A stretch of 64,000 bases of DNA from contig NC_042999.1 of the NCBI RefSeq assembly GCF_006345805.1, positions 558,001-622,000 of the forward strand. The letters are read 5' to 3'. This stretch comes from Octopus sinensis (Eukaryota). Position numbers and translations under genes: made by a program. The notes beneath the pieces were generated by a model, which saw only the letters and a list, made by a program, of their open reading frames with translations, was not told where the DNA came from and did not search any database. Positions 24,530 to 38,710 of this stretch are shown piece after piece (the stretch's first letter is position 1; each line of letters begins with the position of its first letter).

Positions 24530-25855
24530 AAATCTTAAGTCCTAGTCATGGATCCTCGGAAACGCCAAAGCATGGGATCGCTTGGCAGGGTGAAATACGG
24601 TTGGACCTACGACGACAAAGGGCCGCTACAGTAGCTATGAAAGCATGTCAAGAATCTCGAAGCAATATGCTAAAGGAACTCTAGTACCACCTTCCGGGTT
24701 GACGTCAAGGCAATCCCTAAAAGAACTCTGTTTCAGCAGCTCGTCACAGATCCATTGTTCCAAGACCGCCTGTCGCAGCCACGTAATGAGCCTCAGAGAA
24801 GGCCTTGAAGTCAATTACGGGTCATCTTCTTTCGCGAATCAACGTCCACCCTAATAAAAATAACGGTACCGGCCCATCTGAGATCTTCATGATGCTGTCG
24901 ACCCCTTCGTCAAGACCAATGGCGATATGCCAACGGACAGTGGAAGCAGGCTTGGTACGCTGGAGGTTTCTATCTCGTGAACACTCACTGGCGACGTGCA
25001 CCTGATTGTCATTTTCTACATGAAGTAGCGGTGATAGGGGATTTCGACAGCCGTGTGCGTGTCAGGGCTGACCTATTTAGAAGCACCGCACACCCCTGTA
25101 AAATGAAGCCCTAAGAAACAGCGGGGTAAAGATCAGTCACTGCTTTCTTCTAGCTTATTTACCATGACTGTTGGGCACACATTTTAGTGGAATGTGAGGA
25201 CTTTGAAGGACATGCAAACTACATACCGACCTGAAAATTGTACTGCGCTAGTCTCCCAAGGACCGGTGCACTTCAACATTGAGTTAGCTGCTATGAGCGA
25301 AACTTGTTTGTTCGGTGATGGCAGCGTGCAGAATGTTAGCTAAACGGTCTTTTAGAAAGGAAGGATACGAATGAACCTCGCATCAAGGGTGTCGGACTTG
25401 CCATCAAAACTGAGCTGGTTAAGAAATACAACCTGACTCCAACATCAAGCGAACGTCTGATGGCCATCAGAATCCCGCTTATCAACAAGACGTACCTTAT
25501 GCTGCTCTCAGTTTATGCTCCAATTCTAAACTCAGATACCAAAATTAAAAATGATTATGATTCTCTGCAAAACGATAAATTGATCATCCTTGGCGATTCC
25601 AACACTCGCGGCGGTCACAATGACCCTCTCTGGCAAACACGGACTGGACGTCAATCTTCCTCATTAGATTCTGTGCAGAAAAAGACCTGACCGTTTCGAA
25701 CACGCTCTTCCGTCTTCCAGCCCTCGATAAAACAACCTGACAACATCCGAGGACAAGACACTTGCATATTCTGGAATATGGGTTGACAATGATCCGAGAC
25801 AAGAAGGCCGTAAGGATCAGGAGATCCTTGCTAGTCGCTGACAATTGCTGGATCT
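24530..25855 (+). mobile_element. RTE-clade LINE 5' part (probable 5' UTR + AP endonuclease), decayed
   Basis: WNVRTL at ~25186, FNIELAAMSET, GVGLAIKTEL, SERLMAIRIPL, LLSVYAP, DKLIILGDSNTRGG with stops and frameshifts; 5' boundary uncertain. Confidence 0.8.
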
Positions 25856-25859
25856 AATG

Positions 25860-26280
25860 TTTCTTTTTTTTTTATTGCCCAGAAGAGACTAAACACAGAC
25901 GGGACAAAAAACGACAGACAAAGGGATTAAGTCGATACATCGACCCCAGTGCGTAACTGGTAATTAATTTATCGACCGCGAAAGGATGAAAGGCAAAGCC
26001 GACCTCGGCGGAATTTGAACTCTGAACGTTAAGACAGAGAAAATACCTATTTCTTTACTGCCCGCAAGAGGCTAAACACAGAGAGGACAAACAAGGACAG
26101 ACAAACAGATTAACTCAATTACATCGACACTAGTGTGTAACTGGTACTAAATTTATCGACCACGAAAGGATAAAAGGCAAAGTCGACCTCGGCGGAATTT
26201 GAACTCAGAACGTAACGCCAGACGAAATACTGCTACGCGTTTCGTCCGGCGTGCTAACGTTTCTGCCAGCTCACCGCCCT
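25860..26280 (-). mobile_element. SINE family B dimer
   Basis: Same internal junction as 11821-12229. Confidence 0.9.
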
Positions 26281-26518
26281 CACCTTAATATATATCGATG
26301 GTTCCAACAAATTTTACCGTTAAAGAAAGATTCACCTCCCATACTCTGTGACTTTATGATTTTATACGTCCCTCGGGCGATATCTTCATTCATCGAATAT
26401 ACTGGAATTTCAGTTTCATAGATACTCTAACTGACACACCTTTCTCATCATTAATTATGAAGGCTGTTAGCCGCATCTATAAGAGGAGTCTTCTGAGAAA
26501 ACCGCACGATACTCCTCT

Positions 26519-26557
<39 letters not shown>

Positions 26558-26781
26558 GTTTGTCTATCTGTCTGACTATCTATCTACACACACATATAAT
26601 GTACAGATATGTATATGTATCTGTCTCTCTGTATATATATATATATACACACACACATATATGTACGATATGTATATGTATCTGTCTCTCTGTATATATA
26701 TATATATACACCACACATATATATATATACACATATATATATACATATATACATATATATATGTATATATGTATATATGAT

Positions 26782-26846
<65 letters not shown>

Positions 26847-27729
26847 GCACCTGTTTTGAATAGTTTTATTTCTATTTTGCCGATGCGAAATTTACATTAC
26901 TTCACAGACAGTTGCTTCTTTTTTATTTTTGCTTGATATATATATTTTACTCAGACTTTTTTATTGAAGCAATACATGGCATTGATTACAGCCTTATTGA
27001 AAAATTTTCATTACGTAATTACTTTTAGTTTCATATATTTAATTTCCAATAATTTTCTTTCTAAATTTTCACTGAACTGAAATTCATATTTCCTTGTACC
27101 ATGTTTAAAGTTATTATCTATGTTTAATATATATTTTTCAGGTACGTTTAATCAGTGAAGTGATAGTAACCATGAACGTGTATAAAATTTATTATTTGTC
27201 TACAATTTCATATTTAATTTAAAAATTAAATCAAATTAATGTCTATCTAATATATCTCTTATTATAAAAGGCAGATTTTATCTGCCTCCCTTTGGGAGTT
27301 ATACAAATCTACAATATAGGATTTCTTCAATTACAATTTACCTAGCATTTTTGAGAGTACAATGCATCGCGTCATGCCAGGTCCAGTTTTTAAAATTTAA
27401 ACTCCAATTAAGCAAAATTTACAGAAAACTCACATTCTGGTGTGTGTGTCAAATGCTTTTCTTAGTCTGGTTTACACCACACGCAAACGCACACACACAC
27501 TGTGTAACGAATAAAGTGAAACTAGATGTAATATTTGTTTCTGTCTATCACGCTGATAGATACATGAGTAAAATGTATGGGAAGCTAACAAATAAGAGTG
27601 AGTGAAAATGTTCTTGGAAGAGAGTAAATTTGAAGCTTGAGAACAATCAGATACATTTGCAACACATCTGTTGAACATATTATTGTTCACACACATACAT
27701 ATACATATATACATACAGACAGACAGATA

Positions 27730-27771
<42 letters not shown>

Positions 27772-27894
27772 ATCCAGCATGGCCACAACCTCAAGGCTGA
27801 AACATATAAAAGAATAACAGAATATAAATGTGTGCATGTGTGTGAGAGAGAGAGTGTGTGTGTATATGTATGTATGTATGTATCTATATATATA

Positions 27895-28487
27895 TAATAA
27901 TGCGGTTTTTTCAACAGCTTGAACTAAAAGTCAGAGGGGAATGGGATAAACTACTTATATTAACTTGCTATAAAAGCAGGTAGTAATTTTATCTTGTGCT
28001 TATTCATAGTGGAAGTTTTGAAGAGTGCATTTCGATTTTAACAGCTATTTTTTTCAAAGCTATGTTGGAAGTAACAAAGGAGCATATTTGGCATATTTTG
28101 CTTTATGAGTTCAATAAAGACAACAACGCAACGGAAAGTACAAGAAATATTAATGCAGTATATGGGGATTGGACAATAAGCGTAAGGCAGTGTCAATGGT
28201 GGTTCCAGAAATTCGAGCCATAAACTACAGCCTAGAAGACGAGCCTCATCCTGAAAGATCTGTAGAACTCGACAAGGACATCCTGTAAACCCTGGTGGAA
28301 CAAAATCTCATCGTAACTGTTGAGGAACTAGCAGAGAAGCTTGGATTTGGTCATTCAACCATTCATTGAGACCTGTGTGCTATCGGAAAAGTCAGCAAAT
28401 TGGGTCAATGGGTTCCTGACGAACTTTCCGAGTCTAATTGCATGCAGAGAGTGAACGTATGCTTTTCTTTGCTGTCACATCTCACCA
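27895..28487 (+). mobile_element. Mariner transposase 5' fragment
   Basis: MLEVTKEHIWHILLYEFNK..NATESTRNINAVYG..WFQKF then frameshifted ..GKVSKLGQWVPDEL (WVPHEL motif). Confidence 0.88.
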
Positions 28488-28504
28488 CTACTGCGCTATG
28501 TATA

Positions 28505-29128
28505 TCTATATATATAAAACTGTAGTTGTGTGAGTGTCTGTCCCCTTCGATTTAGATTCCTACTACTCCCACATTTTGCGGTGCAGTTTAACCAAATTCG
28601 GGTAGCTTATAGTCGTGATTCATATCGAGCCCGTCTGAGTATTAGCGCGCGTCTACGATGAGTCTACGATTTTAAAATAATTAACATCATTTTTATTCCA
28701 TTTTAATGCATAATTTTTCGTGTGTCGATGGCGGCGGAGTTGGCGTCCACGCTCACACATGCACCTGTGGGGAAGGGAGTGTAAGGAATCAACGTCGTAA
28801 TGCGTTGTCAAGGAGACCAGCGTTCTTTTAGAACAACGACTTCATGGCTTGAAGACACCAAAACAGAAATGGCTAAGAAAGCGTCTACATGAGTCTACGA
28901 TTTAAAAAAAATTACCATCGTTTTTTTTTCCATTTTAATGCATTTTTTCGCTATTATATAAGGGAAGTAACTCTCTAAAAATGTCTACGATGACTCAACG
29001 ATTTAAAAAAATTTTACCATCATATTTTTTCCATTTTAATGCATTTTTTTGCTATTTTTTGGCTATACTCTCTAAAAATGCTTATATAGTTATTTTCCTT
29101 ACAACCCGAGCAACGCCGGGCGATACTA

Positions 29129-29130
<2 letters not shown>
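28505..29130 (+). mobile_element. Non-autonomous Helitron
   Basis: 5' TCtatatatataaaa; 3' hairpin cccgagcaacgccggg about 10 nt before a degenerate terminus; internal gtctacgat subrepeats. Confidence 0.7.
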
Positions 29131-29213
<83 letters not shown>

Positions 29214-29298
29214 ATATGTATGTATGTATGTATGTTTGTATGCATGTATGTATGTATGTATGTATGTACGTATGTACGTATGTATGTATGTATGTAGG

Positions 29299-29379
<81 letters not shown>

Positions 29380-29380
<1 letters not shown>

Positions 29381-29700
29381 CATGGTGGATTCTCCCGTCG
29401 GTTTTGACGTATGAGGCACCGACAACGTACTCTTTCATTGTCAGTCATAATGCTTATATCTGATGAGAAAACTTAAGTCCGTCCAACGATTTGCAAAGAA
29501 GGCACACATGCTGCAAGGATGAGGATCACATCTCAGTGCAGGTGGTATATTTGCAGCCTGTTTTCTCCTTTGCCTGTTAATGCTAGTTGTAACACAGTTT
29601 GTAATACGACGATTTCCATATGCGCATTTATATATTAGACAGAATGAGATAAAAAAGCTAAGGCCATGAAGAGTTTCCAGGGCATTTATAAGAAAATAGT
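29380..29700 (-). mobile_element. RTE-clade LINE 3' end, decayed
   Basis: RQRRKQAA..PCSMC, then frameshifted [12 protein letters not shown] (C-terminal Zn-finger-like), short 3' UTR into (CA)n. Confidence 0.55.
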
Positions 29701-30045
29701 CTTACAGCTTTTTCTGGGATATTACAGCTGTTTCTGGGATATCCCTACATCAGAGACGGTGTGAAAATGTTAAAAAAAGGAAATATTTGATTCGAATTAT
29801 TATAGTAAAGAAAGAGATAGCGAATATGGTGTGGATTAAGAGAATAAAAGTAGAAATATGATACATAAAGATATTGTAGTTGCAGTTCCATTATTCGGGA
29901 AAAATGGTGTAAAAAGGTTTCCTGTACATGGTGTGTAAGTTCCATAGCAGTTCACATTTAGTCATTTCAAAGTATGGAACCTGGAATCTGCGTTGCTCGT
30001 TCGAAGAGGGTTTGTGGTGACCATTGCCACTCATATATATATATA

Positions 30046-30108
<63 letters not shown>

Positions 30109-30501
30109 ATATATATATATATATATATGGAGAGAGCGAGAGAGAGAGAGACAGAGAGAGAGAAAGATGGAGAGCGTTAAAGAGATAGACAGATAGATAC
30201 ATGCATACATACATAAATACATACATACATATATACGTACGTACATATATACATATACGTACATGTTTTGTACAAAATATTCGATCGGTTTTTGTCGACA
30301 CTGCGGTTCAAGCAATCAAATAAGTAACTAATATCAGTCTGTCCCTTGCGCATGCGTACTATTAAATACTTGACATTTCAACATAGTTCAAAGCAAGTTG
30401 CATTGTAACAAATTGTATTTTGTGTCCTTGAGATAACCTTGAGAATGGAGATCTAAACAAACCTTATCGACACTTCATGCAATTTTTGTAGTATGTATAT
30501 A

Positions 30502-30860
30502 GCCGTTGGAGTGGCTCTGTGGTAAGTAACTTGCTTACGAACCACATGGTTCCAGGTTCAAAACCACTACGTGGCACCTTGGGCAAGTATCTTCTACTAT
30601 AGACTCGGACCGACGAAATCCTTGTGAGTGGATTTGGTAAACGGAAACTGCTTGTGTCTGTTTGACCCCCACCGCCAACATCGCTTTGTGTTTACGTCCC
30701 CGTACCTTAGCGGTTCGGCAAAAGAGACGGATAGAATAAGTACTAGGCTTACAAAGAATAAGTTCTTGGGGTCGATGTGCTCGACTACAAGGGGTGCTCC
30801 AGCATGGCCACAGTCAAATGACTGAGACAAGTAAAAAGAGTGAAAAAATGAGTAAAGAGA
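30502..30860 (+). mobile_element. SINE family A (internal deletion)
   Basis: Consensus head and tail. Confidence 0.9.
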
Positions 30861-31577
30861 GTATCTGCCAATTTGTCTATCAAAATTTCATACGTAGAGG
30901 CATCAGAAAATTCAGCGAATAATATTTGATTATCTATTTGCATTTGGCCCTTGTTAAGCCACATCTCTCTCAAGAATTAGTTTAATATTTATGTTTTTCC
31001 ATCACTCTATCAATATATATACAGTATATACGTCTGATACTACAGTTTCAAGTTCTCTTTTACATAATGGCATTATTTCCTAGTATACATACAAGGTTCT
31101 ATACATATTCAAAGACATGGGAGTATATATTTATATATAGACGTTAAAATGATGATTAGTAGCTAAATAATTAGCATTATTGCATTAGATGTCATACCAA
31201 TTAATACTAATAACTGCCACGGAAAAAAAAATTAGTTTCTTATTAAAGTAAATATTCCGGATAGGATATGAGTTCATGGAGAATGCTGACTTTCATGTGT
31301 TGACCTCAGCATCAATAATAACTGCGTTGACTAAGTAATTTCTATCTCTATAATTATGTGGAGAAGTGTACTTGCGTGTGTATATGTCTGTGTAGGCTCC
31401 TGTTTGTGGGCGTGTGTGTATGCGTGAGATTTGTATATCTATTTGATGTGCATTATATGTATATATATATAAATATATATAGATATATATATATATGTAT
31501 ATATATTATATATGCCATACGCATATACTGTATACTTATACATATTCACATCTCTCCATTATATCGGCATATGTATA

Positions 31578-31610
<33 letters not shown>

Positions 31611-31855
31611 ATGTATCTAATTATGTATATTTGCTCTCTCTATGAGTTTATAGTTATTCATACGTAGAGTAATATGAAAAGGTATTTCTCTCTGTGTTCT
31701 GTATCAATCTCTTTCTCCTTCTCAATTAGTTATTAGTTTCTCTGTGTGTTTTCCTTTTCATATATACATACAAACATACATACATACCTACCTACATACA
31801 TACATGCACACACACATATATATATTTGTGTTAATATATGTATATATATATATAG

Positions 31856-32207
31856 CTACATGGTTCCGGGTTCAGTTCCACTGCGTGGCATCGTGGGCAA
31901 GTGTCTTCAACTTTAGTCTCGAGCCGACCAAAGCCTTGTTCGTGGATTTGGTAGATGGAAACTGAAAGAAGCCCGTCGTATATATATGTATATATATGTG
32001 TGTGTTTGTGTGTCTGTGTCCCTCCAACATCGCTTGACAACCGATGCTGGTATGTTTACGTCCCCGTAAGTTAACGGTTCGGCAAAAGAGACCGATAGGA
32101 TAAGTACTAGGCTTACAAAGAATAAGTTGTGGTGCCGATTTGTTCGACGAAAAGCGGTGTTCCAGTAAGGCCGCAGTCAAATGAGAGGAAACGAATAAAA
32201 GAATAAA
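31856..32207 (+). mobile_element. SINE family A, head clipped
   Basis: Consensus match. Confidence 0.9.
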
Positions 32208-32479
32208 ATAATTTATATATACATACACATACAGACACACATACACACATATATAAAATGAGAGATATACTTCTCTTGTGAACTAAACGAATATGGATGC
32301 TAAGTAAGTGCCATTGTTGGTCAACCGACAGGTTCCATTATAACAGCTAAGGCAGGATGTAGAACTTACTCTTGGTGAATAAACAGAGAATACACTGTGA
32401 CCTAAATTACACAAAAATGAAAATAATGCTGTCATCTCATTCTAACAGATACATTTACCAAAATTACATGAAAATATCT

Positions 32480-33150
32480 TGAAATACTAAAGAGAAAATT
32501 CATTCCATAAAATCATATTTCGCTTCAACTACGGCCTCTTGCAAGTGTTCTGGACTCGTCTTGTTTTAGTTGGTGAATACTGTCACAATCTTTGCCTTCT
32601 GTCCATCTTTCATGTTACAAGGTCTTTTGTTGGTCTCTCGCTCAACTGTGCCCCAAACATAATAATCAAGGAGGTTGCAGTCTGGGGAATGAGGGGGCCA
32701 GATGTTAGGGGTGGTGTGGTCGCAGAAATTGTCTGAAAGCCATGAATAGGTTCTCTTGCTTGTGTGACATGAGGTAGAGTCCTTTTGGCAAACACTGGGT
32801 ATTCCAGCAGCCACCCTCTTGTTCCAATTCATAGCTACTTCCTCCAGGCACATGGTGTAGGTACCCGTGTTGAGACTGAGGCCGTGTGGGAAGATGGATG
32901 GAGGCATAACGTCACCATCACTAGTAATCACTCCCAAAAACATGATGTTGAATAGATATTTGATTTTTATCACTCTCAGTACATGTCCTCAGGTTGCACT
33001 GTCCTCACATTGACACCCAAACACTCTGAAATGTTCGTATTGGAACTTCCGGCGCGAATGCCAACTAGTACAGCATGGTGTTTCCAAGTTTCTGGCAGCG
33101 TGAATTACGTCATGGTGGCGCTTTTCTCACAGACGGTGCCCAACTGATCC
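32480..33150 (-). mobile_element. DD37D (maT-type) transposon, internally deleted
   Basis: ORF 32566-32973: 37 residues between KD and LLD with WPPHSPDCN; separate HTH remnant VGIRAGSSNTNISECLGVNVRTVQ. Confidence 0.85.
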
Positions 33151-33257
33151 TACTATACTGTGTAGTCGACAAAAACAAAAACAAAACAATGTGCATGCGC
33201 GAAATTAAAAATATAAAATTGCAACCATTTACCCATCTCACTCTGCATATGTGTATG

Positions 33258-33290
<33 letters not shown>

Positions 33291-33295
33291 TATAT

Positions 33296-33297
<2 letters not shown>

Positions 33298-33353
<56 letters not shown>

Positions 33354-33354
33354 C

Positions 33355-33388
<34 letters not shown>

Positions 33389-33510
33389 GAGATAGAGAGA
33401 TAGAGAGAGAGAAAGTGAGAGAAAGTGAGAGAGGAGATAGATAGACAGACATATAGATAGACAGATAGATAGATAGCTAAATAGATAGATAACTAATAGA
33501 TAGATAGATA
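33298..33510. repeat. (GATA)n microsatellite
   Basis: Direct inspection. Confidence 0.95.
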
Positions 33511-33579
33511 TGTGAATATATATATGTATGTTATATAGATGTATATGTATATGTATATATATGTATATATATATATAGA

Positions 33580-33618
<39 letters not shown>

Positions 33619-34482
33619 GTTGTGTGTGTGGTGTGTGTGGTGTGTTATGTATGTATGTATGTATTATGTTGAATGTATATGTATATCCAGTCCTGTACGG
33701 ACACATACAAAATAAACATCATTTATTAATTTATTCTAAGCTAAATCTTTACATTGTTGCTACATTCCGTAGACAACTACCTGGTCAATTGTTTTGCTGT
33801 TTGAATTATTAACAAGCAGAAAATGTTTGAAATATCTTTGCCTTAACGCAATTAGTCATCCGGGTGTTGAAATGTTCGTACATACTGCACTTAGTCGATT
33901 CTAAAGTTGTTACTAAACTCGAAACAAGTTGGATATTATGATATACGTGTCTGAATGATGTGCTTTCAATGTATCTGTTTTCGTATGTACACGCTGGTAC
34001 CAAGTTTTGTCTTTCGTAAAATATCATGAATGTCAGCTAAAGTACACATCTCTTTTGATTTACTCATTTTAAAGCCTGAAAAGACGGTGAAATTAGGAAG
34101 TTTACTGTCTATTCTCACATGGTTTTGCGTTTCACTCTACGCTGCAGATTTTTACCGAAAACGTGAGTTAAAGAAAGATTTGTGAGCAAATAAGAGGCAA
34201 AGATATAAATGTATGGACACCGACCGATTGCACTGTGCCAACGTCACGTATAATTAGCTTAATTAATTACCTAGTTTGACATTTACAACTTCCCCTTTGC
34301 TATCAATCTTAAGCAATTTCCACTTTGTTGCAAGAAGTTGTTAGTGTCTGATTGGTAGATATTCTAAATATGAATATTTTGCTTCCTAGCAACAGAAAAG
34401 AGTGAATTGTAGTATTTTAGAGCAGGCACAGAGACTCTGCGATTGGATCATAGTAAAATATGGTAAGAACATATAGGGCTGT

Positions 34483-34773
34483 GTGGAGGCACATAGCCTA
34501 GTGGGTAAAGCAGCGGACTCGCGGTCGAGGAATCGCCGGTTCGAATCTCAGACCGGGTGATGTGTGTATTTATGAGCGAAACACGTAAGCTCCACAGGAC
34601 TCCGGCAGAAGGTAATGGCGAACTTCTGCTGACTCTTTCACCACAACTTTCTTTCACTCTTTACTCCTGCATCCTGCAGCTCACCTGCGACGGACCGGCG
34701 TCCCGTTCAGGTGGGGAACCTATACGCCAAGGAAACCGGGAAACTGTCCCTATGAGAAGGAACAAACAAAAAC
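34483..34773 (+). mobile_element. SINE family C, alternative tail, full length
   Basis: tRNA head; perfect 15 bp TSD aacatatagggctgt (34468-34482, 34774-34788). Confidence 0.93.
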
Positions 34774-34837
34774 AACATATAGGGCTGTAATTCCAGACAT
34801 ACTATTGTTTATATTTCCGTATATGCATGCATATATT

Positions 34838-35245
34838 CTTTAACTCTTTTACTTGTTTCAGTCATTTGACTGTGGTCATGCTGGAGCACCACCTTGAAGG
34901 ATTTTAGTCGAACAAATCTACCCCAGAACTTATATTTTCAAGTCTAGTACTTATACTATCGGTCTCATTTGTCGAACCGTTAAGTTACCGGTATATAGAC
35001 ACACCAACACCGGCTGCCAAGCGATGATAGGGGGACAGACATAAAGACACACACACACACACACACATAAATATATATTACACACACACACATTCACACA
35101 CAGATATATATATACATATGACGAGTACCTTTCAGTTTCTGTCTACCAAATCTGCTCACTCGTCTTTCGTCGGCCTGAGAGGCTATAGAAGACACCTACC
35201 CAAGGTGCCACGCAGTGCAATTGAGCCCGGTACTATGTGGTTAAG
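34838..35245 (-). mobile_element. SINE family A, diverged
   Basis: Consensus match. Confidence 0.85.
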
Positions 35246-35254
35246 AAATCTCTG

Positions 35255-35432
35255 TGTGTAGCCCCTTGTGGGTAGCAAAGAAATCAGTATTTCCTCTGTC
35301 TTTACGTTCTGAGTTCAAATTCCGCCGACTTGACTTTTCCTTTCATCCTTTCGGGGTAGATATATTAAGTACCAGTTCCGTACTGGGGTTGATCTAATCG
35401 AGTACCTCTCCCCACAAAATTTCGGGCCTTGT
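35255..35432 (+). mobile_element. SINE family B remnant with alternative tail
   Basis: gccccttgtgggtagcaaagaaat tail joined to gttctgagttcaaattccgcc unit; aaaatttcgggccttg tail. Confidence 0.75.
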
Positions 35433-36236
35433 TTTGACAAATTGTTTTTAGAAAATTTGGTTTAAATGTTTGACAACCAGCACCATCCATTGGACGGAAG
35501 GGGGAGTCCTCATAATTTCTATTTATCACTGTAGGCTTGTGTGTGTGTATGTGTGAGCGCGTGTGTATAAATAAAAGAATCTGGGAATGAAGGAGACTTT
35601 TAAAAGTATTTATCATCTTACTTAAAATATATATATTTTATCTTCTTGTCAAAGACTCGATTACTTGATCGAGATATATTCATGTAAACTATTTTTTTCT
35701 TTTTATCATAATCAAAAAATTTCTAACCTGATCTAAATGTTTTTATGTAAACTCTTTTTTGACTCATCACAGAGGATAATCAAAGCCACAAAACTTTTTT
35801 TTAACATTGCCAAAGACTGCATCACTTGATTTCAATATTTTTGTAAACTAATTTTTGACACCACAGAAGACACACAAAGCCACACACTTTACTTTTGAAA
35901 ATCTTTTTAAATATGAGAAAGCGTTTAAGTTAATAAATACGTTGAAGAAACTCCTACATTTTCCGATTCATTTCCTTATATTTTTACTCGTGCTTTAGCA
36001 TCCAACTTTACTTTGTTATATATTTTATTTTTTTTTATTTTTTATTTTATCTAGTTTCAGCTCATGAGCTGTGGCCATGCTGGGGCACCGCCATTACATG
36101 TTGAGTTTTCATGTACATTAGTTATTAAGAATTAATATATTCCCAGATACACTTTGATGAAGTAAATAATAATAGTAATGATTATTTCAGTAAACAAACA
36201 AGTGAAATAATATTTCTGTATTTAAAAGTAAATAAA

Positions 36237-36269
<33 letters not shown>

Positions 36270-36272
<3 letters not shown>

Positions 36273-36438
36273 TAAATCTTTTTTTCTATTTTATCTCTCT
36301 GTTTATTTCTGTTCCTTTCTGTTAAAGAGCGTAGGCTCGAAACGTAAAAGACTTTTTCACTTCCTGAGTGTTAAACTAATACATCTGTTTGTTGTTTACA
36401 CACTAGTCTTCATTATTTGTTTATTTTTTTGTAAATTC

Positions 36439-36445
<7 letters not shown>
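36270..36445 (+). mobile_element. Hammerhead-bearing TA-flanked element, copy 2
   Basis: CTTT-CTGTTAA-A-GAGC-GTAG-GCTC-GAAACGTA-AAAG at 36315-36350. Confidence 0.75.
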
Positions 36446-36486
<41 letters not shown>

Positions 36487-36644
36487 TATGTATACACCCT
36501 TTATCTTTTACTTGTTCCAGTTATTAGACTGCAGTCATGCGGGTGCACCACCTTCAAGGGTTTTAGTCGAGCGAATCGACTCCGGTATGTTTATTTTTTC
36601 TAAAGCCTGGTAATTATAGGAGGCAAACACAGTTACAAAGGCAC

Positions 36645-36685
<41 letters not shown>

Positions 36686-37519
36686 GCTCTCAGTCCCATG
36701 TGTTCTTGTTGAATCCCTCTGAGAACTACATTAATGACACGCGTCCGTTGAGTACGCAGTTAAATGCACATTGATTTCACGGGTAGGCATTTTCGTTGAT
36801 GGTGTTAATTGTAACACACGATGCCCTAGCCTAAGGGGTGCCAGTTAGTTAAGAGAAACTGCGAGGGACTTGTCGAGTAAGTACCGGACTTACAAATACA
36901 AATACTCTTCAAGGCGGTGTCACAGCATGACAGCAGTCTGAGAAAGAAGTAAAAGATACATGATGAAGATATGAAATAGAGTGAAATATGTACTACTTTT
37001 CACAAAAGACGTATGCGCTCTGACAGAGATTTTACTGCTGTCACATACAGAGAACCATATAAAAGGGATTTGTGAGGGAAGTACACATAATTAATCCCAG
37101 CATATTGGATGATGAATGACCAAATATGATGTATTACTTAATTCTAGTTCAGAATTATGAAATGTGTAGCTGTTAAGAGTGAGGTTTTTATTAAATTTAT
37201 GGAAATATGTATTTGTCAGTAATAACCAGAAAGATACAATATAGAGATTTTAAAGAGATTTATTTCGCTTTTATATATGATTTGAACTTACGATTATGAA
37301 AAACGAAGGCTGAAAAGTAGGTCTCCCAACAAAAATAGTAAACATGAAATATACAAAGACAGTAAATAACTACATACGTACATATATATATACATACATA
37401 AATATATATATATATACATACATACATAAAATCCACAGACATATTTATATATACGTGTGTGTGCGTGTGTGTGTGTATGTCTATGTATATACATATATAT
37501 ATATACAAACAAACATATG

Positions 37520-37593
<74 letters not shown>

Positions 37594-37701
37594 GGAGAGA
37601 GAGAGATCAAAAATCGAAAGAGAAAGAGAGGGAGAAGAAAGTAGGATAAACTCAAGATACCGAAATACAATATATATATATATATATATGAACATATAAA
37701 G

Positions 37702-37738
<37 letters not shown>

Positions 37739-38179
37739 GTCTCTCTGTGTGTATGTATTTACATGTGCGTGCATGTGTGTGCGCGTGCGCGCATGTGTGC
37801 ATATATATATGTGTATAAATACATTTATATCTATCTATCTATATATATATATTGAGCGTGTACGTGTGAGAGTGTGTATGTGAGCGCCTGCGCGCGTGCG
37901 TGTGCATGTCAGGAATTAGCCAGAGGCACTTTATCAGTTATTTTTGTCAGTTTGACAATGCAATTCCAAGCTCAAGAACTAATGACATTAGTTGCATCTT
38001 ATTTTCTATAACTAATAATTTAGCACATCATTAGTAACTAAGTGTAAGGCTTTAATCTAAGTAACGATGGCCACCTCTGCATCGCTGTACTCTTCTTACC
38101 CTCTTTCCCTTCACTCTATCTCTCTTTCCTTTTCTCTAGTGTATACCTCTTTATGTATATGCACTCAAAGATATATCTA

Positions 38180-38240
<61 letters not shown>

Positions 38241-38250
38241 ATGTTTGTGT

Positions 38251-38286
<36 letters not shown>

Positions 38287-38394
38287 GATAATTTGTACAC
38301 AACATTTGAAAGCATATATTTTATATTTATACATATATATATATATTATATATATGTGTGTATATATAGATATGTAGATGTGTGTATGTATGTA

Positions 38395-38443
<49 letters not shown>

Positions 38444-38649
38444 TATACACATACATACTTATGCATACTCGTACATACACATATATATATATATATTATA
38501 TATATATATATGCAATTACATATTTTAAACACACATACATAAAAAAGCACAAATACACACTCATATATATATGTATACATATATGTGTATATATAGGTGT
38601 GTGTATATCCATACACAACACATACATATATACATATTATATATATGTG

Positions 38650-38710
<61 letters not shown>

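Noticed and set aside
24540-24620. HDV-like ribozyme at the RTE 5' end (tcctcg motif)
   Set aside because: Could not build P3 or P1 pairings around the motif
27255-27440. Second Helitron-like 5' end tctcttattataaaag
   Set aside because: No matching 3' hairpin or CTRR terminus found
29460-29500. CTGATGAG hammerhead start
   Set aside because: No stem II or downstream GAAA; lies in the antisense of an RTE 3' end
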